A stretch of DNA of 63,445 bases, filler included. It is 7 parts of 7 records of this genome, joined end to end, with 100 filler letters (N's around TTAATTAATTAA, not from the genome) between each part and the next. Parts side by side here need not be neighbours in the genome. Positions count along the whole stretch, not along the records: positions 44,466 to 49,870 come from SRR31147125_8652; positions 49,971 to 58,119 come from SRR31147125_8669; 5 more parts are not named here. One strand, written 5' to 3'. This document shows positions 49,250-58,219 of the stretch, in pieces; within the stretch, counting starts at the first letter, position 1, and each line of letters begins with the position of its first letter. The position numbers and the translations under genes were made by a program. The notes under the pieces are model-generated. The model saw only the letters and a program-made list of their open reading frames with translations. It ran no database searches and was not told the origin of the DNA.

Positions 49250-49870
49250 ATGGATATTCAGAAAATCACCATACTCGGCGGATACGACAAGCGCGGTATG
49301 AAAGAGACTGTGGACGAAATCGTCATTAAGCCCGGCGAGATGTTTGGCGTTGTCGGCCCGACGGGCAGCGGTAAAAGCTCGCTGATTCGTGACATCGAGC
49401 AGATTGCGCAGGGTGACACATTCAGCAAGAGGCACGTGCTGATCAATGATACCGTGCCGGATTACGACACCCGCACAAACCCGAGAAAGAAAATGATTGC
49501 GCAGATTTCGCAGAACATGAATTTTCTTGCGGATATGAGTGTCGGTGAGTTTTTACGCCTGCACGCTAAATGCCGTGGTGTTAGCATCGCGCATGTTGAT
49601 GAGGTTATACGCCTCGCTAACACGCTGACGGGTGAGCCGATTAAAGAAGACTACAACCTGACGATACTCTCGGGCGGGCAGAGCCGCGCGCTGATGGTTT
49701 CGGACGTTGCGATCATTAGCGATTCGCCCATCGTGCTCGTAGACGAGGTAGAAAACGCGGGCATCAAAAAGCACGAAGCTCTGCGCGCACTGATCGGCAA
49801 CGGTAAGATCGTTATGGTCGTTACGCACGACCCGGTGCTTGCGCTGATGACCGAAAAGCGTATTGTGATG
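49250..49870 (+). CDS. Stand-alone ABC-type ATPase, 3'-truncated
   Basis: [38 protein letters not shown] and VTHDP. Confidence 0.88.
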
Positions 49871-49970
49871 NNNNNNNNNNNNNNNNNNNNNNNNNNNNNN
49901 NNNNNNNNNNNNNNTTAATTAATTAANNNNNNNNNNNNNNNNNNNNNNNNNNNNNNNNNNNNNNNNNNNN
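49871..49970. other. Artificial contig-joining spacer
   Basis: 44 N + TTAATTAATTAA + 44 N. Confidence 0.98.
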
Positions 49971-51317
49971 GGCATGGGCTTTAGAGATAGCTGTCAAGAT
50001 TTACTTGGCGTAGTGCATATGATTCCTGAAAGAGCGAGAGAGCGTATAATTGATATAGCTTCTATACAATTTGAAGATGGAAGCACATACCACCAGTATC
50101 AACCACTGACTAAGCGTGGCAATGGTGATGTTGGCGCAGGATTCAATGATGATCCACTTTGGTTAATTGCATGTACTGCTGCATATATTAGAGAAACAGG
50201 TGATTCTTCTATATTAGAAGAACCTACACCATTTAATAACCAAGAAGGAAGCGAAGCTCCTTTGATGCAGCACTTGCGTCAAAGCTTTAACTATATTGCA
50301 ACGCACAAAGGACCGCACGGCTTGCCACTTATAGGAAGAGCTGACTGGAATGATTGCTTGAACCTTAACTGCTTCTCTGAAGAACCAGGAGAAAGCTTCC
50401 AAACGGCTTCTAACTTTGAAAGCGGAAAAGCAGAAAGCGTATTTATTGCTGGTATGTTTGTTAAATATGGCAGAGAATATGCAGAGCTTTGCGAAAGGTT
50501 TGGAGACAAAAGCGAAAGCGTATCTGTAATAGAGCAAGTTGAGCAGGTTGAAAAAGCAGTAATAGAATCTGGCTGGGATGGAGATTGGTTTTTAAGAGCC
50601 TATGATGCTTTTGAAAACAAAATTGGTTCTTGCGAATGCGACGAAGGAAAAATATTTATTGAGCCACAAGGACTCTGTGTAATGGCAGGTATAGGTGGTG
50701 AAGAACTTGGAGTAAAGGCGCTAAATTCTGTTAAAAAGCATCTTGTAAATGATTATGGTGTAGAGCTACTTTCGCCATGTTATTCTACTTATAGAAAAGA
50801 ACTTGGGGAAATTACATCTTATCCACAAGGCTATAAAGAAAACGGTTCGATTTTCTGTCATAATAACCCATGGATAGTACTAGCGTATTCGACACTTGGC
50901 GATGGCAACGGTGCTTTTGATATTTATAGAAGAAACTGCCCAGCTTACCTTGAGGATGTTAGTGAGATTCATAAAACTGAACCTTATGTATATAGCCAAA
51001 CCATTGCTGGAAGAGAAGCTAAGAATTATGGTCAAGCAAAAAACAGTTTTTTGACAGGAACAGCAGCTTGGACGTTTACGGCACTAGTGCAAGGTATATT
51101 TGGAATAATTCCTGAATACGATGGGTTAAGTATAACCCCTTGTCTTGGCGATAATATGGATGGATTTACAACATCAAGAATTTATAGAGGCGTAAAATAC
51201 GACATCTCTGTAAAACGTGGCGAAGATAAAGGCATGATTGTAGATGGAGAAAAGGTTGAAGGAAATATTATTCCAATCAAGGATACTAAATCTTGCAAAG
51301 TTGAGATCACAATCTAA
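49971..51317 (+). CDS. GH94 phosphorylase (cellobiose phosphorylase-like), 5'-truncated
   Basis: [48 protein letters not shown] and TEPYVY. Confidence 0.93.
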   Translation, partial: GMGFRDSCQDLLGVVHMIPERARERIIDIASIQFEDGSTYHQYQPLTKRGNGDVGAGFNDDPLWLIACTAAYIRETGDSSILEEPTPFNNQEGSEAPLMQHLRQSFNYIATHKGPHGLPLIGRADWNDCLNLNCFSEEPGESFQTASNFESGKAESVFIAGMFVKYGREYAELCERFGDKSESVSVIEQVEQVEKAVIESGWDGDWFLRAYDAFENKIGSCECDEGKIFIEPQGLCVMAGIGGEELGVKALNSVKKHLVNDYGVELLSPCYSTYRKELGEITSYPQGYKENGSIFCHNNPWIVLAYSTLGDGNGAFDIYRRNCPAYLEDVSEIHKTEPYVYSQTIAGREAKNYGQAKNSFLTGTAAWTFTALVQGIFGIIPEYDGLSITPCLGDNMDGFTTSRIYRGVKYDISVKRGEDKGMIVDGEKVEGNIIPIKDTKSCKVEITI

Positions 51318-51337
51318 TTATTTAAGGAGAAAAACAT

Positions 51338-52687
51338 ATGTATCCAAAGGGATTTATATTTGGTGCGGCTAGCTCATCTTATCAAATTGAAGGGGCATGG
51401 GATGTAGACGGCAAGGGCACAAGTATTTGGGATGATTTTTGTCATCAAAAGGGCAACGTTATAGGCGATGAAACTGGTGATGTCGCTTGTAATTCCTATA
51501 ACATGGTGGAAGAAGATGTTCAGCTTGCGATAGATATGGGCTTAAAAGCTTACAGATTTTCTATAAGTTGGCCTCGTATTTTGCCAATGGGAACAGGAAA
51601 AGTAAACCCGCTTGGGTTTAAATATTATGATGCTTTGGTGGATAAGCTTTTAGAACACGATATAAAACCGTTTTTAACGCTGTTTCATTGGGATTTACCC
51701 TCTACTTTAGAGCAAAGCGGTGGTTGGTTAAGCAGAGAAACTGCTGATGCTTTTGAAAATTTTGCTGAAGTAGTTGCACAGCATTTTGATGGCAGAGTTT
51801 TTGATTATATAACACTAAATGAGCCTCAATGTAGTGCTATGCTTGGGTATGGGAACGGAATACATGCCCCAGGCTTTAAGCTGCCTATAACCAAAATTCA
51901 ACAATGTTTTCATAACTTGTTTTTAGCACACGGAAAAGCAGTCACTAAAATAAGAAACGCAAGCACTAATAAAGTAAATATTGGTATTGCTTCGACAGGT
52001 AAGCTTTGTTACCCACAAGTAGATAATGCAGAAAACAGAGAAGCAGCAAGAAAAGCCTCTTTTAAAGTTGAAGTGACGGAAGATATAACTGACTGGGGAT
52101 TTTCACATAGTTATGTTTTAGACCCAGTAATATTTGGTAAATACCCAGATGATGTATTAGATGAGCTAAAACCTTTTATTCACAGTGTTTCTAAAGAGGA
52201 TATGGAAATAATATCTGTTCCAACAGACTTTGTGGGCGCAAATATATATAACGCAAGAGAAGTGGATATTGACGGAAAAGGTGTAAAAAAATATGCTGGT
52301 TTTCCAAGGACAGCTGTTAAATGGCCGGTAACACCAGAATCTTTGAGATATGGTTGTATTTATTTAGCACAAAGATATAACTTGCCTGTATATATTACAG
52401 AAAATGGTCAAGCTTGTAATGATAGAATCTTTTTAGATGGGCAAGTGCATGATGCTGATAGAATTGACTTTACGCACAGATATTTAATTGAAATGAAAAA
52501 GGCAATAGATATTGATGGTATTGATGTTCGTGGATATTTTCATTGGAGCTTGCTTGATAACTTTGAATGGAACTTGGGCTACAATGAAAGATTTGGTCTT
52601 GTGTATGTAGATTATCCTACAGGCAAAAGAATCATGAAAGATTCTGCTAAATGGTATGCAGAATATATTAATAACAATTGCAAATAA
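51338..52687 (+). CDS. GH1 beta-glucosidase
   Basis: FIFGAASSSYQIEG, YRFSISWPRI, TLNEP, YITENG and WSLLDNFEW. Confidence 0.95.
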   Translation: MYPKGFIFGAASSSYQIEGAWDVDGKGTSIWDDFCHQKGNVIGDETGDVACNSYNMVEEDVQLAIDMGLKAYRFSISWPRILPMGTGKVNPLGFKYYDALVDKLLEHDIKPFLTLFHWDLPSTLEQSGGWLSRETADAFENFAEVVAQHFDGRVFDYITLNEPQCSAMLGYGNGIHAPGFKLPITKIQQCFHNLFLAHGKAVTKIRNASTNKVNIGIASTGKLCYPQVDNAENREAARKASFKVEVTEDITDWGFSHSYVLDPVIFGKYPDDVLDELKPFIHSVSKEDMEIISVPTDFVGANIYNAREVDIDGKGVKKYAGFPRTAVKWPVTPESLRYGCIYLAQRYNLPVYITENGQACNDRIFLDGQVHDADRIDFTHRYLIEMKKAIDIDGIDVRGYFHWSLLDNFEWNLGYNERFGLVYVDYPTGKRIMKDSAKWYAEYINNNCK

Positions 52688-52714
52688 GAATAGTACAATA
52701 GTTCTTCTCTCTCA

Positions 52715-52750
52715 TAACCCGGCAAATTTAATCACTTTTTTGCTGGGTTA
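52715..52750. terminator. Probable terminator hairpin between convergent genes
   Basis: TAACCCGGCAAA...TTTGCTGGGTTA inverted repeat. Confidence 0.6.
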
Positions 52751-52770
52751 CTTTAAATAAGATATATTAT

Positions 52771-53163
52771 TTATACATTGACGTCAAAACCTAAGTCGAT
52801 ATCTTTTGCACATTTGCCGCCTCTTATTCCCCAATTCTCTAATGGCTGTTCATTTATTACTATTAAAACATCACTGCCGTTTATTCCAAGTGAATCTTCA
52901 AGGTTTGTTACTATAGCTTTGTAAAGATTCCGCTTAGCTTGTATGTTTCTGCCCTTAAAAACAAGTAATTCAATCAATATAAAGTTGTCAGCTGTGCCAT
53001 TTTTAGTTTCAAAATTGCTTAATTCTAGCTCGTACAATCTTTGCATCCTATCGTTTTCAGGAATATTAAATGCCTCGACCAATGATTCGTGTACTGTATC
53101 GAGAAGTGTCTTCTTATATTTGCTTGATTTTCCTTTGCGTATCTCTATTTTAACTAATGGCAT
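52771..53163 (-). CDS. Tautomerase family protein
   Basis: Starts M-P-L-V (catalytic Pro1), GR...KR.LY.AI and ENWGIRGG; GGAGG RBS. Confidence 0.9.
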   Translation of the reverse strand: MPLVKIEIRKGKSSKYKKTLLDTVHESLVEAFNIPENDRMQRLYELELSNFETKNGTADNFILIELLVFKGRNIQAKRNLYKAIVTNLEDSLGINGSDVLIVINEQPLENWGIRGGKCAKDIDLGFDVNV

Positions 53164-53202
53164 ATTTTCCTCCAAGCGCGTCTATATATTTTATACAATA
53201 CT

Positions 53203-53836
53203 TAACTAGAAAAGTTTTTCTTTTCTATCTTATCTAATATTTTTTTGACTCTTTTTGTTGACTAGCAGTCATCGCATCAAACCTATCTTTTAATACATTT
53301 TCATATTTAATGTAATTTTGATCATTAATACAGATAAATATTTTTTCGCTATGCTGAGGTATCTCTTTTGGTCTGCATGTTTTTAAATGGTTTATTATTA
53401 AGTCATATGCTTTTTTAGAATTACTTACATTGGCTTTTGCAATTTGACCAAACACAATCATACAACAATCTATTGTAATGACGCTCCCGTTTTTATAAGC
53501 GGTTATGATATTATCAAATTTTTCGTTTACTTTATCAATCTTATATGGAGACACTTGCGCAACAGCATACATGCTACCCCAAACCATACGATTGTTTTTG
53601 GATAAAATAAGCTGTAAAAAAACATCTATATGTTCTTGGATCAGTTCTGGTTTTATTTTTCCAACTTCATATAAGACCTTTATACAGTCATTAGCGACAG
53701 CCTTTTCTTTATTAAAGAGATTTTCTGCAAGTTCTGCTATAGTCGCCTTATTTTCGCTTTCTGCTAATTCTGCGGCTAAATCAATATTATATTGTTGCTG
53801 GTTTGTACCCATAGAACTTGAAAGTTTTTCTAGCAT
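53203..53836 (-). CDS. HEAT/ARM-like helical-repeat protein (last codons frameshifted in an A-run near 53252-53256)
   Basis: NDCIKVLYEVG, SKNNRMVWG and GSVIT.D; GGAGG RBS before MLEKLSS. Confidence 0.6.
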
Positions 53837-54002
53837 AAGTAGACCTCCTAAATTTATGCAATTAATATACCATATAAATTCTTGGAAAAAAAGAATGTAT
53901 AACTGCTTAAATCCAAAACAGACGACCTTCAAAAAGAATATCTGCTTTGGGCTTGCTTGTTATATCTTGCGTATTGTTTTTATCACTCATAAAGCTTCCT
54001 AT

Positions 54003-54944
54003 CTATTTAACTCTAGTTATTTTAGAAACGTGAATTTCACCAAACTTAGTTTGTACTATATTTATAATTTCGCATAAAAAATTGCTAGATATGCTTGATT
54101 CTATAAAAGGCAAGCTAGGAGCATAAATAAATTCGCCATTTAGTGTTAAGCCTGCTAAAATTTCTCCATACTTTTTTGCGTATTCAATGGCATTTTCATT
54201 ATTGTTTATATGGTTTCTTATAAAGTGATTTGAAAAAGCCATATTGGATATTATAGTTCCGTAAGAGTTTGGTTTTATATGATAATTTAACCAGTCCTCT
54301 TTTATTACGTAATCTAGTTTGCCATCATAATCTCGCTCGACCCCATAAGCTTCTAAGCTTAATTTTCTTAAATACCTTACTAAGTTAGCGTTAAATCCAC
54401 AGCCGATATCCAATATTGGAAGCTTTATGGTATCCGTATTGATTTTCAATATTTCTAATTGTAAGCTTTCGCTATATTCGCTACAAACTATTGGTAAAAG
54501 GGTGCTGTTTGTTTTATCTTGCTTCTTTAGCTCGCAAGGGTTTGATTCAAATAGAATTTTTTGCAGCCTTTTATGATGCAAAAATATAATTTTCTCAATT
54601 TTGTTTTTGGATAAATCATTGCTTATAGCATATTTGCTAAAAGTGTTGAGGAGTTTTTTATAGTTTTCTTTTATTAAGGCTTTATAAGTATCATCAAAAG
54701 CTAGATATTGATTGTTATAATTGAAAATTTTGATGCACTTCTCCATCATATATTCGGATATGCGGTCTACATCATCATGAGTTGGAGACAGCAAAAGCTT
54801 ATATGATTTAGAAGTTTTATCACATAATAAGCTATATATTTTTTCGGAAACGCTGATATTATAGGGGAATGATTCGAAGGTGTAGTTAGCGTTTTTATTT
54901 ATAAACATTTGATCCAAAGTAGATTCTATTAATGCATTGAACAT
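54003..54944 (-). CDS. Class I SAM-dependent methyltransferase-like protein
   Basis: ILDIGCG motif I, AYGVE, DWL, IISNMAFS and G.FIYAP. Confidence 0.7.
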   Translation of the reverse strand: MFNALIESTLDQMFINKNANYTFESFPYNISVSEKIYSLLCDKTSKSYKLLLSPTHDDVDRISEYMMEKCIKIFNYNNQYLAFDDTYKALIKENYKKLLNTFSKYAISNDLSKNKIEKIIFLHHKRLQKILFESNPCELKKQDKTNSTLLPIVCSEYSESLQLEILKINTDTIKLPILDIGCGFNANLVRYLRKLSLEAYGVERDYDGKLDYVIKEDWLNYHIKPNSYGTIISNMAFSNHFIRNHINNNENAIEYAKKYGEILAGLTLNGEFIYAPSLPFIESSISSNFLCEIINIVQTKFGEIHVSKITRVK

Positions 54945-55022
54945 ATTTTCTCCAATAGTACTGAATAATTTTATTATATTTTAACATTTAATTTTTAATT
55001 ATAAAAGTTTATTAAAAAACTC

Positions 55023-55078
55023 TTGACTTTAGTAAGTACTTAATATACTATAGATTTAATGTTAAGTGAGTACTTAAT
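55023..55078 (+). promoter_or_regulatory. SigmaA promoter with two TetR-type operators
   Basis: TTGACT-N17-TACTAT; TT(T/A)AGT-N4-ACTTAA copies at about 55028-55043 and 55062-55077. Confidence 0.75.
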
Positions 55079-55097
55079 AAACACGGAGGTGGAAATT

Positions 55098-55676
55098 ATG
55101 TCTGCAAATGATACAAAGAATAAAATAATAGATTGCGCAGCAAAGTTGTTTTCTGAAAAAGGATATGAGGGCGTTAGAACCAAAGAGATTGCTAGTCTTT
55201 CTGGTATAAGTGAAGTGACCTTGTTTAAATATTTTCCTAAAAAAGAGATTCTTTATAGAGAAATATTTAGAATAAAATTCACTCCGCCAGATTTAAGCTT
55301 TGCTATAGAAAAACTTAAGTATGAAAACTTTGAAGATGATCTATCGATGATAGCCAAAAACTTAATGTTAGATTTTTATAAAAATAAAAATCTGATGAAG
55401 ATGAGGCATAAAGAGATTGAACATTTTATGAAGGATAGAAAGTTTTGCAACTTTGAAAATCCATTGCTAAAAACTCTCTTACCAGTCTTTGAAAAACATA
55501 CTGAAAAGGGATTGATAAAAGGCGAGGCAAAAAGGAACGCAGAAGTTTTTCTTGTTTCTGTAAAAGGAATATTTCATGAGGCTGCGATTACGAATATGTC
55601 GAAAGAAGTATTTGCAAGTCTAGTTACTGATTATATAAAAATTTACTGTAAAGGTGTAGAAAATAATGACAGATAG
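55098..55676 (+). CDS. TetR/AcrR-family transcriptional regulator
   Basis: KIIDCAAKLFSEKGY...TKEIA...GISEVTLFKYFPKKE; GGAGG RBS. Confidence 0.92.
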   Translation: MSANDTKNKIIDCAAKLFSEKGYEGVRTKEIASLSGISEVTLFKYFPKKEILYREIFRIKFTPPDLSFAIEKLKYENFEDDLSMIAKNLMLDFYKNKNLMKMRHKEIEHFMKDRKFCNFENPLLKTLLPVFEKHTEKGLIKGEAKRNAEVFLVSVKGIFHEAAITNMSKEVFASLVTDYIKIYCKGVENNDR

Positions 55677-57069
55677 AATAAAAATAATGAAAGATGAGCC
55701 AATATTAAAAGCGATTTTCTCATTGGCTGTACCTACAATACTAGCGATGCTGATTCAAATTATTTATAATTTAACTGATACTTTTTTTGTAGGGATGTTA
55801 GATGATACAAATGCTCTTGCAGCTATGAATGTTGCTTTTCCTGTATTTATGGTTTTACAGCTTGTAGGACATGTCTTTAGTATTGGCGGAGCATCGTATG
55901 TTTCAAGATTGCTTGGAAACGGAAAAGAAGAAGAAGCAAATACAGCTGGCGCAATATCAGTTTGGTCAACAGTTGCATTTGGAATTTTAGCAGCGGCTGT
56001 TTGTATAGTGTTTATGGATCCGCTTTTATACCTTAGTGGGGCAAGTGAAAACACTTTTGATATGGCAAAATCATATCTATCAATAGCGGTATATGGTTCG
56101 ATATTTGTTGGACTTCAGATTACATTATCTGGTTTGCTTAGAAGTGAAGGTGCTACAAAACAGGCGATGATAGGAATGGTTATTGGTACTGGTATTAACA
56201 TTGTACTTGACCCAATATTGATTTTATTGCTTGGTATGGGCGTTAGTGGTGCTGCTGTTGCTACAATAATCGGGTATATCATTGGGTTTGGATATTTTGT
56301 TTTGCAGTATTATACAGGTAAAACTCATATAAAAATTGGCTTTAAACATTTTAAATTTAGTAAAAAAGCATATACAGAAATTGTTAAAATCGGTTTTCCA
56401 AGTTCTCTTACTATGCTTCTTATGACACTTTCAAGCCTTTTGGTTAATAATGTTGCCATAACATATAACACTGGTCTGCAAGCAGGAGCAATTGGTCTTG
56501 GCGATAGCATAATTGCAGGATTTGGTACAGCAAATAAGGTAAGCATGGGTGTCGTTATGATAGTTATGGGGCTCGCTATGGGATGTCAACCACTAATTGG
56601 ATATAACTATGGTGCATCAAACGGCAAGCGCGTGCATCAAACAATTAATTATGCGATTATTATAGGAAGTGTTGTATCTATAATAGGTGCGGCTATTATG
56701 GGGTTGTTTGCGACTGAATTTATGAGTGTATTTATCTCTGATGCTCAAACGCTGGAACTTTCGGTAAAAATACTACAAGCGATATCGTTCTCTATTCCTT
56801 TCTTAGGGGTGCAGTTATTGCTTATGGTCGTGTTCCAATCGATTGGCGAAGGTATAAGTGCAACAATCATATCTCTTGGAAGGCAAGGCATATTCTTTAT
56901 TCCTGCGCTTTATATTCTAAATTCAATCTGGGGAATAAATGGACTTGTATGGGTGCAACCATTTGCTAGTATTTTAACGACTGTAATTGCTGTTATCTTG
57001 TTTATACGTGTTAGAAAAAAATTGGATGAGGGAATGGCTAGCGTTGATCTTGCGACAGTAACGGTATAA
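55666..57069 (+). CDS. MATE family efflux transporter
   Basis: IYNLTDTFFVG, LRSEG, NIVLDPILI, GAAVAT, QPLIGYNYGA and RQGIFFIP; about 12 TMs. Confidence 0.95.
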   Translation: MTDRIKIMKDEPILKAIFSLAVPTILAMLIQIIYNLTDTFFVGMLDDTNALAAMNVAFPVFMVLQLVGHVFSIGGASYVSRLLGNGKEEEANTAGAISVWSTVAFGILAAAVCIVFMDPLLYLSGASENTFDMAKSYLSIAVYGSIFVGLQITLSGLLRSEGATKQAMIGMVIGTGINIVLDPILILLLGMGVSGAAVATIIGYIIGFGYFVLQYYTGKTHIKIGFKHFKFSKKAYTEIVKIGFPSSLTMLLMTLSSLLVNNVAITYNTGLQAGAIGLGDSIIAGFGTANKVSMGVVMIVMGLAMGCQPLIGYNYGASNGKRVHQTINYAIIIGSVVSIIGAAIMGLFATEFMSVFISDAQTLELSVKILQAISFSIPFLGVQLLLMVVFQSIGEGISATIISLGRQGIFFIPALYILNSIWGINGLVWVQPFASILTTVIAVILFIRVRKKLDEGMASVDLATVTV

Positions 57070-57082
57070 GAAAATTAAAAAT

Positions 57083-57134
57083 AAATGCAACGTAAAGTTA
57101 GGTTCAATTAAACCTTGATTTTACGTTGCATTTT
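57083..57134 (+). terminator. Intrinsic terminator after the MATE gene
   Basis: AAATGCAACGTAAA...TTTACGTTGCATTTT. Confidence 0.8.
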
Positions 57135-57317
57135 GCTTTATATAAAGTTGCCTCAGTGAATTAAATACCCTAAGACTGTTTGATTTTTGGTGTATAGTGT
57201 ATAAGAGTATGGCTGATAATTTAATAAAAATTGAATGAAAAATCATACTGTTTATTGTGAAATAGTACGAAATAAGATAAACTAAAAGCTAGAAAAGCAA
57301 CCTTGAAAGGATACAAA

Positions 57318-57572
57318 ATGAAAAACAGCCATAAGTTTTATTGCAATAAAGAGTGTAAATATTACCCTTGCCATGATGTAAAAGGAGATATGAATTGTAT
57401 GTTTTGTTATTGTCCGCTTTATATGCTGGGAAAAGACTGTGGCGGTAATTTTAGATATACAGAAAAAGGAGTGAAGGATTGTTCGAATTGTACGATGCCT
57501 CATGATGAAAATGGATATGATTATGTGATGGAAAAGATGAAAATTGTTGTTGATAGAGTTAAGATAAAATAA
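57318..57572 (+). CDS. Cysteine-rich small domain (zf-like) protein
   Basis: NKECKYYPCH...NCMFCYCPLY...CGG...KDCSNC..PH. Confidence 0.85.
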   Translation: MKNSHKFYCNKECKYYPCHDVKGDMNCMFCYCPLYMLGKDCGGNFRYTEKGVKDCSNCTMPHDENGYDYVMEKMKIVVDRVKIK

Positions 57573-57920
57573 AAAAACACTCTTTTTTGGGGTGTGAAAA
57601 TTAAGAAAACCATCCTCGTTTTTTCTAAAAAACGTACTTAAAAAAATGCTTTTAAATCAAAATTAATATGGAAAAAAATGTGTTTATAAATACATATATT
57701 TACAATAATTTTAAATGAAATATGCAAAATTAATAAATTAACATTGTAAATAAATAGTAATTTAATATTATTTTCCTCTATATATTTCTTGCTATTTTTT
57801 TAAAAATAAAAGGCTAAATTCCTTGGTGTTATGCAGTTGTCTACGATAACTATTTAAAAACAAAACTAGTGTAGTATAATTTTTTAATGGTAATAGGATA
57901 AAATATTACAAAAAATAATA

Positions 57921-57949
57921 TTGATTTATTTATCATAATATGCTAGAAT
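57921..57949 (+). promoter_or_regulatory. SigmaA promoter with extended -10
   Basis: TTGATT-N17-TAGAAT with TG at 57941-57942. Confidence 0.6.
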
Positions 57950-58067
57950 GCTGACTATATTTAGAGAAGGGTAACACATTGCTTATAACGAATTAAATTA
58001 AATGAGTTTTATCAGCTTGAGAGAAATTTTCTTTTCTTTGAGCGTATAATTAAATATATGTAGTCGA

Positions 58068-58119
58068 TGAGGTCTTGTATACGTATGATATTTTTCTGCG
58101 TGCTCAGGACCTCTTTTTT
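58068..58119 (+). terminator. Long hairpin plus U-tract (attenuator or sRNA terminator)
   Basis: GAGGTCTTG..TACGTA...TGCGTG..CAGGACCTC-TTTTTT. Confidence 0.65.
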
Positions 58120-58219
58120 NNNNNNNNNNNNNNNNNNNNNNNNNNNNNNNNNNNNNNNNNNNNTTAATTAATTAANNNNNNNNNNNNNNNNNNNNNNNNN
58201 NNNNNNNNNNNNNNNNNNN
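58120..58219. other. Artificial contig-joining spacer
   Basis: 44 N + TTAATTAATTAA + 44 N. Confidence 0.98.

Noticed and set aside
46574..49250. agrD-like cyclic peptide precursor near the agrA/agrC-like pair
   Set aside because: I found no RBS-led 35-55 aa ORF with the expected Cys/Ser-xxxx-(Q/E)P pattern on either side.
58040..58075. Resemblance to the glmS ribozyme core (AGCG...GATGAGG versus AGCGCC...GACGAGG)
   Set aside because: Invariant core positions differ and the downstream ATCGA/CGGCGG elements are missing.
16423..58219. Repeated TTAATTAATTAA as a biological repeat or CRISPR-like array
   Set aside because: It is always centred in identical N padding, so it is an assembly linker. 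I saw no repeat-spacer array or cas gene anywhere.
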